Assembly (NCBI GenBank): GCA_963668315.1
Contig: OY764216.1
Location: 5,248,001 to 5,312,000 of the forward strand
Length of the DNA stretch: 64,000 nt
Reading direction: 5' to 3'
Origin: Spirochaetia bacterium
Lineage (GTDB): Bacteria; Spirochaetota; Spirochaetia; DSM-2461
Numbering within the stretch: the first letter of the stretch is position 1; each line of letters begins with the position of its first letter. A program made the position numbers and the translations under genes. This document shows positions 1 through 7,827 of the stretch, piece after piece. Below the pieces are notes generated by a model that was given only the letters and a program-made list of their open reading frames with translations, was not told the DNA's origin and did not search any database.

Positions 1-1020
1 GGTGTTGATATCCAGGTGCATATCGCAGGTCCAGCCGATGCGGCAGGCCACGTTGTCATTCCAGATCCCCTGAAGATGGGCGGGCAGGACCGATTCCCTC
101 CGGCTGCTGGAATAGAGCAGATAGCGCCCGTAGTGATAAAGGAGGGGAAGGGTCTCATCCTTTTCCAGTTCCAGAACGGAACGGTTGAAGAGCTCCTCCA
201 TCTCCCCTATATGGGCCTTCTCTTCCCGGGCCAGACGCTCCGCATCAAGACCGTCCAGCCGGCCCATCAGTTCCTCACGGACACGATCCGCCGGAATCTC
301 TTCTCTCATGAAATCGGTCTGGCAGGCTAAAAGGAGAATCGTCCGGCCGCTGCCCGTTACCCGGCCCTCCCGGGGATCCCATATCCCGTCCGTCAGAACC
401 TGCACCCGCCCGAAGAGAGAGACCCCCGTCCGGCCGTCGCTGTGAAGTCCCTCCACCGCCTTCGTTTCCAGGAAGAATCCCTCCCCGTCCGCCTGGAAGG
501 AACTCTCTTTGCTGTAGGGAACAAAACTCACGGTAAAATCCAGGGGCGAGGAGGATGTAATGTCATGGACCAGACAGTTCAGGGCCGAAGATATCCATGT
601 TTTCCTCTCCACCCGTCCGCCTTCCCTTTCATAGGAGCTTAGCGCCACACCCGACCCGATATCGAGACGGCGGACAAATTTCCCGAAGGGCTCCGCTCCC
701 TCACAGCAGATATCCAGATCCCCCACGGGAAGATTCGTGCCGTAGTTTTCCCTTATCCCGATGAAACGGGAGGATTCACCGGCGGCTTCTTCATAGAGCC
801 CCGCCCGTATATACTCCCTCATTCTTCGGAAGGCGGCGGGGGCGGATTTTTGATTGTTCTCATCGCAGGGCCCGCCGGAAAAGAACGTATTCTCCGAAAT
901 CAGCAGCCTCTCCCTTTCCGCCCCTCCGAAAACCATGCAACCCAGCCGGCCGTTTCCCAGGGGATAGGCTTCTCCGAAACGGGACGCCGGCGAAGGGGAA
1001 GAGAGAATTCTGCCGTTCAA
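1..1020 (-). CDS. GH95 alpha-L-fucosidase, N-terminal part (runs off the left edge; not in the ORF track)
   Basis: Manual translation of both ends of the minus frame from TTG at 1018-1020 gives EAYPLGNGRLGCMVFGG...ENTFFSGG near the start and AHLQGIWNDN...WTCDMHLDINT at the window edge, in the same frame. Both are GH95 motifs. The start lies 3 nt after the permease stop. Confidence 0.9.
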   Translation of the reverse strand, partial: MNGRILSSPSPASRFGEAYPLGNGRLGCMVFGGAERERLLISENTFFSGGPCDENNQKSAPAAFRRMREYIRAGLYEEAAGESSRFIGIRENYGTNLPVGDLDICCEGAEPFGKFVRRLDIGSGVALSSYEREGGRVERKTWISSALNCLVHDITSSSPLDFTVSFVPYSKESSFQADGEGFFLETKAVEGLHSDGRTGVSLFGRVQVLTDGIWDPREGRVTGSGRTILLLACQTDFMREEIPADRVREELMGRLDGLDAERLAREEKAHIGEMEELFNRSVLELEKDETLPLLYHYGRYLLYSSSRRESVLPAHLQGIWNDNVACRIGWTCDMHLDINT

Positions 1021-1023
1021 ATA

Positions 1024-1857
1024 TTACCCCTTGACGGAACCGGAAGTGATCCCGGAAAGAATGTAGCGCTGCCCGAGCAGATAGACCACGATAACGGGAA
1101 GGCAGGTCAGTACGATGTCGGCGAAAACAAGATTCCAATAGGAGGAGTTCTTTCCGAAGAAGTTATACACCGCCAGGTTCATAGGCCACATGGAACTCTT
1201 GCTTGTGAGATAGAGGGGCGTGATGAAATCACTCCAGACCCCCATGAACTGAAGGATGAAAGCGGTAATAAGGATCGGCTGGAGCAGGGGCACGATGATG
1301 ACGAAGAAAAGCTGCAGAGGACCGGCGCCGTCTATTATGGCCGCCTCATCCACATCAACCGGAATGGTAACGATAAAGTTCCTTATGACAAAGACGCAGA
1401 AGGGCAGCATGGAACTGAGAAAGGCGATGATCAGGCCCCAGCGCGAATCGGATAAATTCAATGTCTGAAGGACCTTGGACAGGGTGACGAAATTGATGGG
1501 AAGGAAGAGCCCGCAGATGATGAAGTAGTACAGGGAGACCATTCTTCGGGAACTGTTCCGGCATATGACGAATCCCGCCATGGCCGAAGTCAGAACGGCC
1601 AGAAAAGAGGAGAGCCCGGCGTAGATGAGGCTGTTGAGAAAGCCCCTCACCAGTTTCCCCTTCTCCACGACCTGGGAGTAATTCTCGAAATGCCATTCCG
1701 CGGGAAGGGACATGGACATCCGGGCCGCCTCCCCCTTTGACTTGAAGGAGTTCACCACGACCATATAGAAGGGGGCGATGACGATGAAGCAGAGAAACAG
1801 GACGAGTATCTGCTTCACCACATTCTGCCAGGTCAGTTTTTTCCGGGAAACCATCAC
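1024..1857 (-). CDS. Carbohydrate ABC transporter permease (MalG/MsmG type)
   Basis: About 6 TM segments, EAA loop 'DEAAIIDGA', C-terminal 'GITSGSVKG'. Confidence 0.95.
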   Translation of the reverse strand: MMVSRKKLTWQNVVKQILVLFLCFIVIAPFYMVVVNSFKSKGEAARMSMSLPAEWHFENYSQVVEKGKLVRGFLNSLIYAGLSSFLAVLTSAMAGFVICRNSSRRMVSLYYFIICGLFLPINFVTLSKVLQTLNLSDSRWGLIIAFLSSMLPFCVFVIRNFIVTIPVDVDEAAIIDGAGPLQLFFVIIVPLLQPILITAFILQFMGVWSDFITPLYLTSKSSMWPMNLAVYNFFGKNSSYWNLVFADIVLTCLPVIVVYLLGQRYILSGITSGSVKG

Positions 1858-2732
1858 AGCTGCACCTCCCTGCTATTCATGATTCTCACAACAAATATGC
1901 CCGCCGCCGCGGCTACGACGAACAGGACCGTATTCATGGCAACGGACATGCCGTACTGCCCGCTCGCGTAAAGCTGATAGGCATAGGTGGTCACCACCTC
2001 CGTGGCATGGCCCGGCCCGCCGTTGGTCAGCACATAGACGATATCGAAAACCTTCAGACCGTAGGTGAGCCCGAAGACGAGATTTATGGTAATCGATCCC
2101 GACAGCATGGGGAGCGTTATATGCCAGAGTTTATGAAAGAAATGGGCCCCGTCTATGTCGGCGGCCTCATAATAGGACTGGGGAATGGCGTTGAGTCCGG
2201 CCAGAAAAATCGTCATGACATAACCGATTCCCCGCCAGGCGTCCACCAGATAGATCGACTTCCAGACCATATTCAGGTCGGAGAGCCACTTCTGCTTGAA
2301 AAAACCCAGGGCCAGGGCATCCAGGGACATATTGAGAAGTCCCGTCTGGGAATTCAGTATGGATTTGAAGATCAGACCGATTATCAGAAAGGGAAGAATG
2401 GCCGGCATATACAGAACGGTCCGGTAGACATTCTTTCCCCGGACTCCCTGATGGAGCAGAATCGCCAGAAAGAGCCCCGGTATCAGCTTGACGATATTGG
2501 ATACCACCGTGAATTTCAGAGTATTGATGATACCCTGGCCGTAATGCTTATTCGACGTGAATATCTCCACATAGTTCCTGAAGCCGATGAATTCCAGCTC
2601 CCCCCTGCTTCTCACATTCCAGTCGGTAAAGGAGTAGATCAGCCCCAGGATACTGGGAAAGAGGAAAAAAACGACATAAAAGAAGAGAGGAATCAAGACA
2701 AACCACAAGGGATACGTTTTGCTTTTGTTCAT
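1854..2732 (-). CDS. Carbohydrate ABC transporter permease (MalF/MsmF type)
   Basis: 'FIGFRNY', EAA loop 'YEAADIDGA', 'LTNGGPGHATEV'; 4-nt overlap with the next permease. Confidence 0.95.
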   Translation of the reverse strand: MNKSKTYPLWFVLIPLFFYVVFFLFPSILGLIYSFTDWNVRSRGELEFIGFRNYVEIFTSNKHYGQGIINTLKFTVVSNIVKLIPGLFLAILLHQGVRGKNVYRTVLYMPAILPFLIIGLIFKSILNSQTGLLNMSLDALALGFFKQKWLSDLNMVWKSIYLVDAWRGIGYVMTIFLAGLNAIPQSYYEAADIDGAHFFHKLWHITLPMLSGSITINLVFGLTYGLKVFDIVYVLTNGGPGHATEVVTTYAYQLYASGQYGMSVAMNTVLFVVAAAAGIFVVRIMNSREVQL

Positions 2733-2757
2733 TATTCAACCTTGTTTGCACAGTATA

Positions 2758-2777
2758 CCCCCCCGGGGAACGGGGGG
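2758..2777 (-). other. Intercistronic GC stem-loop after the solute-binding protein gene (probable mRNA stabiliser/attenuator)
   Basis: CCCCCCCG...CGGGGGG inverted repeat between the SBP and permease genes. Confidence 0.5.
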
Positions 2778-2788
2778 AAATTCCCGAA

Positions 2789-4132
2789 TTATTTCCAGTT
2801 CGGATCTTCGGCGATTTCAGCAGCCTTGGCTCTGTTGTCGTCCATGTTGGAAAGAACGGTATTCGCGTCTATGGACCCCAGGCAGTAGGCGATCATGTCG
2901 GCACCGAAATCCATCCAGTAATCGTTGGTGTACTTCGTTCCCGTCTGGAGAACGGGATTGATCATATTCTCCACGGGGATGGAATCGACGAAAACCTGCT
3001 CTTCCGGGAGCCAGTGCTGGACCACATCGGGATCATTAACGTGGATATTCGTATAAGCCGGAGAGTTATCCAGAATCTCCTGGAGGCTTTCGGTTTCGCA
3101 GACAAAGTCAAAGAAGGTTCTCACCAGATCTTCGTGTTCCGTCTCCTTGTAGCCGAACATGGTGGGACCGGCCGGGTTGGTGGGATAATACTTGTTATCC
3201 GCCAGGGGAATAAGGAAAAGACCGTATTCATCGGTGGAATCGGTTTCATTCTTGATCTGCTGGATATAGCTGGAATTGGCCATGGCCATGCCGATGGAGC
3301 GGTCGGCGAACATATTCACCATGTTGGTGCTGTTGGCGCCGATCCAGTCCTCTCCCAGATAGCCCCTGTCGGAAAGCTCTTTGAACTGGTTCAGAACCTT
3401 GAGCATGGTGGGATTACCGGCGAAAGTGGCTTTGTTCTCATTCAGAGCGGCGTACAGTCCGGGCTTATTTGCCTCGTATACGGGACCGATCTGAAAAAAG
3501 CTGAGCTGGTGCTGCCATCCGTCGGCGCCGGGTACGAACCAGGGGGTAACGCCGGCCTTGTCCAGAACGGAGCAGACAGCGAGAAGCTCGCTGTAGGTGG
3601 CGGGGACATCCTTGATTCCCAGCTCAGTAAACAGGCTCTTGTTGTACACCATGACAAACTCGGGGGAGTTGTGCCACAGCTGGAGTCCGTAGAGGGAATC
3701 GCCCACACTGCAGGACACCAGGCGCGATTCGGGAACGATTTTCTGCCAGTCCGCACCGGTGAAATCGAGGCAGTAGTTGTCATAGTCGACGATGACCGAT
3801 TCGATGGCGAAGGGGTTGGACTGAATCCAGAAGATATCGGCGCATTCTCCTGTGAGCAGGCGGACCTGGAGAACATCTCCATACTGCCCGGCGGGGACGG
3901 TCTGAAGATCAACCGTCACGTCATAGGTATCTTCGAACCGGGCGATGGTCTCGTCGTAGCGGTTGTCCATCCATCCGGCGGAAACAAGAATACTCAGCTC
4001 CTCCCCGGCGAAACCGCTGGCCGAAACCTCTGCTTCCGCCTTGCCGTTGGCGGCCAGAGTTCCGACTCCGGTAAAGAACAGGAGAGAGAGCATTCCAGCC
4101 AGAAAAACGCCGTAAAACGTCCTTTTTTTCAT
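2789..4132 (-). CDS. Carbohydrate ABC transporter solute-binding protein
   Basis: Signal peptide ending 'LAANGKAE', 'VYNKSLFTELGI..P.TY.EL' SBP motif, GGAGG RBS. Confidence 0.93.
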   Translation of the reverse strand: MKKRTFYGVFLAGMLSLLFFTGVGTLAANGKAEAEVSASGFAGEELSILVSAGWMDNRYDETIARFEDTYDVTVDLQTVPAGQYGDVLQVRLLTGECADIFWIQSNPFAIESVIVDYDNYCLDFTGADWQKIVPESRLVSCSVGDSLYGLQLWHNSPEFVMVYNKSLFTELGIKDVPATYSELLAVCSVLDKAGVTPWFVPGADGWQHQLSFFQIGPVYEANKPGLYAALNENKATFAGNPTMLKVLNQFKELSDRGYLGEDWIGANSTNMVNMFADRSIGMAMANSSYIQQIKNETDSTDEYGLFLIPLADNKYYPTNPAGPTMFGYKETEHEDLVRTFFDFVCETESLQEILDNSPAYTNIHVNDPDVVQHWLPEEQVFVDSIPVENMINPVLQTGTKYTNDYWMDFGADMIAYCLGSIDANTVLSNMDDNRAKAAEIAEDPNWK

Positions 4133-4176
4133 ATAAACCTCCAGGAAAATGAAAAAATAATAATATTGTTTGATTC

Positions 4177-4230
4177 ATTATATACCCTATATACCAGCTG
4201 TCTATGCACATAAAAAGACGGATTTTGCAC
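4177..4230 (-). promoter_or_regulatory. Candidate promoter of the ABC operon with two GTGCA repeats 21 bp apart
   Basis: Minus strand TAGACA (4199-4204), N16, TATAAT (4177-4182); plus-strand TGCAC at 4205-4209 and 4226-4230. Confidence 0.5.
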
Positions 4231-4268
4231 TTTCCGGATATCGGGAAGAGACCTTTTTAAAGCTTTGT

Positions 4269-4298
4269 TTGACAGAAAAAGAAGCTTACTTATATAAT
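4269..4298 (+). promoter_or_regulatory. Sigma-70 promoter of the two-component system genes
   Basis: TTGACA (4269-4274), N18, TATAAT (4293-4298). Confidence 0.75.
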
Positions 4299-4316
4299 CA
4301 TTCAATAATAAATACA

Positions 4317-6101
4317 ATGAAACTAAACGTATCGGTCAAATTTTTCCTCATGTTTTTTCTCTTTGCCGCCGTCACCATAGGCGGATACTCGTTCTATCTG
4401 TCCCACTATTTCTCCCGTGTCCTCATAGAGAGGGAATTCACCTCTTTCAAGGCCCTGAGCACCAGCTTTCTCTCCCAGACGGAAAGCTCCCTGCATGTCA
4501 TGGACGATATCTCCATCAATATCTTCTATTCCAATCTGATCCAGGACAGCTTTGACCGCTATGTGGGGGAATATCCCGAAAACAGGGACAGCTATGAAAG
4601 GCTCCTTGACCTTTTCATCGCCCTCAACGGGGCTAACCTGACCCTCCCCTTCATCGCCGTCTACAGCAATGAGGGAGATAAAATAGGCATGGGCAACTAC
4701 ACGACCAGGGAGAAAGTCGATCTTACCGCCCTCCCCTGGGTGAATAAAGCCAGGGAAGCCAATTACCACAAATACCTGAGCCGGCCCTACGAATCCAATA
4801 TGATGCAGAGCAGCCAGCGGGTCTCCCCCTATTACATCTCCCTGTACCGGGAATTCTGCGACGAAGGAGGCAGGGCGAAAGGCTTTATCGAGACGGCCCA
4901 GTATGCGGATAAAGTATTCGAGGGCATCACCGCCTATAGAAAAAGAACCCCGGGAGAACTCAAGGTCTACGTATTCAACGAAGAGGGGGATCAGCTCTAC
5001 CCCTACGGAACCGGGCCGATCGACAGGATGACCGGGATCTACTATCTGGATCTGGGATGCCGGGCGGCATCCCCCGAAGCGTACAGGAACCCCTACACGG
5101 GGGAGCGGGAGCTTCTCCACGGGCAGAAATCCTCCTACACGGGGTGGACCTACGTCTGCGTGCAGGATCTGGACAGCGTTCTTCTTTCGGTGAGAGACGT
5201 ATCCCGCCCTCTCTTTTTCGTGACCATGATCGTGATGACGATTATCATTTTCATCTCCTGGTACCTCTCGAGCAGCATAACCCGGCCCATCAGAGAGCTT
5301 CTGGGGAGAATCCACGCCACCAGCATAGACACCCTTTCCAGCGAGAAGAACCGGCTCAACTCCTCCTATAACGAATTCGACGAACTCAACGACGCCTTCT
5401 ACTCCATGAACGAAAAGATCAAGCGGTCCATGGATGAATTGCTCCACTCCCGCCAGCGGGAATCGGAATCGCGCTACCTGGCCCTTCAATCCCAGATCAA
5501 TCCCCACTTCTACTACAACTCCCTGTCCAGCATCATCGCCCTGACCGAAGCGGGAAGGCAGGAGGATGTGGTCCGGTTCTGCACGAACCTGAGCCGCATC
5601 ATGCGTTACGTGGCCGCCCCTGAACCTAAAACGGTGCCGCTCCGGGATGAGATCGAGTACGCCGAGAAATACCTTTTCTGCATGAAAGTCCGCTACCAGT
5701 CCAGCCTGACCTACCGTATCGGGATGGATGAGGAACTGCTCGACGAGCCGATACCCAAGCTGATCATACAGCCCCTCATAGAAAACGCCCTGAAGCACGG
5801 CACGGACTGCCCCCCTCCCTGGCACATAGAGATAGGCGGCGAGAAATCTCCCGAAGGATGGATCATCCGTGTCAGCGACAACGGGCGGGGATTCCCCCGG
5901 GAGATTCTGGAAAGGATCAACCGTCCCGGCGGGGGATCAGGGGAGGGGGCAGACGGGGAAGGCGGCCTCGGCCTGCCCAACGTCTGCGCCCGCTGGAGAA
6001 TCTTCGCCGGAGACCGTTACTATTTCCGGGCTGAGAACCGGGAACCGGGCTGTTCCGTGACTCTGGGGATGACGGGAAAGGAAAAAGCTGATGGAAAATA
6101 A
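4317..6101 (+). CDS. YesM/LytS-family sensor histidine kinase
   Basis: Two TM segments, HAMP, 'LQSQINPHFYYNSL', 'QPLIENALKHG', 'DNGRG', 'GLGLPNV'. Start moved to ATG 4317, downstream of the promoter. Confidence 0.93.
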   Translation: MKLNVSVKFFLMFFLFAAVTIGGYSFYLSHYFSRVLIEREFTSFKALSTSFLSQTESSLHVMDDISINIFYSNLIQDSFDRYVGEYPENRDSYERLLDLFIALNGANLTLPFIAVYSNEGDKIGMGNYTTREKVDLTALPWVNKAREANYHKYLSRPYESNMMQSSQRVSPYYISLYREFCDEGGRAKGFIETAQYADKVFEGITAYRKRTPGELKVYVFNEEGDQLYPYGTGPIDRMTGIYYLDLGCRAASPEAYRNPYTGERELLHGQKSSYTGWTYVCVQDLDSVLLSVRDVSRPLFFVTMIVMTIIIFISWYLSSSITRPIRELLGRIHATSIDTLSSEKNRLNSSYNEFDELNDAFYSMNEKIKRSMDELLHSRQRESESRYLALQSQINPHFYYNSLSSIIALTEAGRQEDVVRFCTNLSRIMRYVAAPEPKTVPLRDEIEYAEKYLFCMKVRYQSSLTYRIGMDEELLDEPIPKLIIQPLIENALKHGTDCPPPWHIEIGGEKSPEGWIIRVSDNGRGFPREILERINRPGGGSGEGADGEGGLGLPNVCARWRIFAGDRYYFRAENREPGCSVTLGMTGKEKADGK

Positions 6102-6882
6102 GTACTCCGTGGTTATCGCCGAAGACGAAGAGCTTCTGCTGGACAACATCGTCGGCCGGGTCAACTCCCTGGATCTGGGGTTCCACGTGGTGGGCCGGGC
6201 CCAGACGGGCGACGGGGCCCTGGAAGAGATCCGCCTCCATACGCCGGACCTTCTGATAACCGATATCCGCATGCCGGTCATGGACGGGATGAAACTCCTG
6301 ACGCGGGTGACAAAGGAATTCCCCACGGTGAAGACGATCATCCTCAGCGGATTTTCCGACTTCGACTATGCGAAGAAAGCCCTGAATCTCGGGGTAAGCG
6401 AGTATCTTCTCAAACCGGTGGACCGGGAGGAACTGAGCACGGCCCTCCTTCAGGTGAAGACCCAGCTGGACCTGGACAGGGAGTCCTACGCCAGCCTTTT
6501 CGACCTGCCCCCATCCTGCACAAAGGAGCAGATTGCCGAGACCCTGAAAGAGTATATCCGCACCAATTACGACAAGAACATCAATCTGGATGAGATCACC
6601 TCCATGATGAACTACAGCGCCGGATACCTGACCAAAATATTCTGCCGCATCTACGGGGTAAGCCCGAACAAATATCTCATTTCCCTGCGGATACACAAGG
6701 CGCAGCACCTGCTCGTGCATAACCCGGAACTGGCGGTGCAGCAGATCGGCGAACTGATCGGTTACACGGAGATCAGCTACTTCAGCAGGATTTTCAAGAA
6801 GTACACCGGCATCAGCCCCGGAACCTACCGGGAGGAGGAGCGTAAAAAACTGTTTTCCCCGAGGAATGAGATCTTTCCCTGA
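6091..6882 (+). CDS. YesN-type response regulator (REC + AraC HTH)
   Basis: 'AEDE', 'ITDIRMPVMDG', 'YLLKP', AraC 'YFSRIFKKYTGISP'. Confidence 0.95.
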   Translation: MENKYSVVIAEDEELLLDNIVGRVNSLDLGFHVVGRAQTGDGALEEIRLHTPDLLITDIRMPVMDGMKLLTRVTKEFPTVKTIILSGFSDFDYAKKALNLGVSEYLLKPVDREELSTALLQVKTQLDLDRESYASLFDLPPSCTKEQIAETLKEYIRTNYDKNINLDEITSMMNYSAGYLTKIFCRIYGVSPNKYLISLRIHKAQHLLVHNPELAVQQIGELIGYTEISYFSRIFKKYTGISPGTYREEERKKLFSPRNEIFP

Positions 6883-7010
6883 AAAAGGTTTCGATTATCT
6901 TCGTTATTCCCCATTTCCAGCGGTTCTGTTGCTTTTTATCCGCCCCCAATATATAATAATAAAAATAAAACGAAAGTGATTCTTGAGAGAGACAGATCAG
7001 GGGAGTTTTC

Positions 7011-7775
7011 ATGTTAGCAGAACAGCGCAGAGAGAAAATCGTGGAATTAATCCGGGAAAACGGCAATGTCCGGGTTAGCTACCTCAGTAACCTGTTCCAG
7101 GTTTCCGAACCGACCATCAGACAGGATCTGATGAAAATAGAGGCAGGCGGAGAGATCGCCCGCGACCACGGCGGAGCCTACCTGAAAAACACCCATAACA
7201 GCGTGAAAACCCTTTCCCTCCAGCACAGGGAGAATATGGATCTGAAACAGAAGATCGGCAGGAAAGCCGCCGAGTTCATCAGGCCCGAGACATCGATCAT
7301 ACTCGATTCGGGAACCACGGTGACCGAGCTGGCGAAGAACATAACCGGCCAGAAGCACCTGCGTATCATCACCAACAGCCTCAACATCGCCCTGATCCTG
7401 GGAGCCGAGCCTGAGATGGAAGTGCATATGACGGGAGGGGAATTCAAATCCCCCACCCTCTCCCTCACCGGGGACAAGGCGGCCATGTTCTTCAACAATA
7501 TGCATGCGGACCAGCTCTTTCTGGCCGCCGCGGGAATAACCCTCAAGGGGGGGCTCACCTATCCGGGTTTCTCCGATCTGCCGGTGAAGCAGGCCATGCT
7601 GAATTCCGCCGAGGAAGTGTACCTGCTCGTCGATTCCACCAAGATCAACAAGCCCGCTTTCGCCGCCCTTAAAGCGCTGGACCAGCTCGATTACCTCATC
7701 ACCGACGGGGGCATAAGCGAGAAGGACAAGGCGGCTTTCGAAAAAATAGGCATCAAGGTCATCATCGCCGAATAA
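7011..7775 (+). CDS. DeoR/GlpR-family transcriptional regulator
   Basis: 'VSEPTIRQDL', 'HGGA', 'LDSGTTV', 'DSTK'. Confidence 0.95.
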   Translation: MLAEQRREKIVELIRENGNVRVSYLSNLFQVSEPTIRQDLMKIEAGGEIARDHGGAYLKNTHNSVKTLSLQHRENMDLKQKIGRKAAEFIRPETSIILDSGTTVTELAKNITGQKHLRIITNSLNIALILGAEPEMEVHMTGGEFKSPTLSLTGDKAAMFFNNMHADQLFLAAAGITLKGGLTYPGFSDLPVKQAMLNSAEEVYLLVDSTKINKPAFAALKALDQLDYLITDGGISEKDKAAFEKIGIKVIIAE

Positions 7776-7827
7776 TATACCCCGGGCCTCGAGTCCTTCG
7801 GGGATTTCCTTTGCAGGAGAGTAAATA

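Noticed and set aside
6888..6976. TTTCG/CGAAA elements upstream of the DeoR gene as operators
   Set aside because: They are compatible with DeoR-type sites but too short and degenerate to support from one locus.
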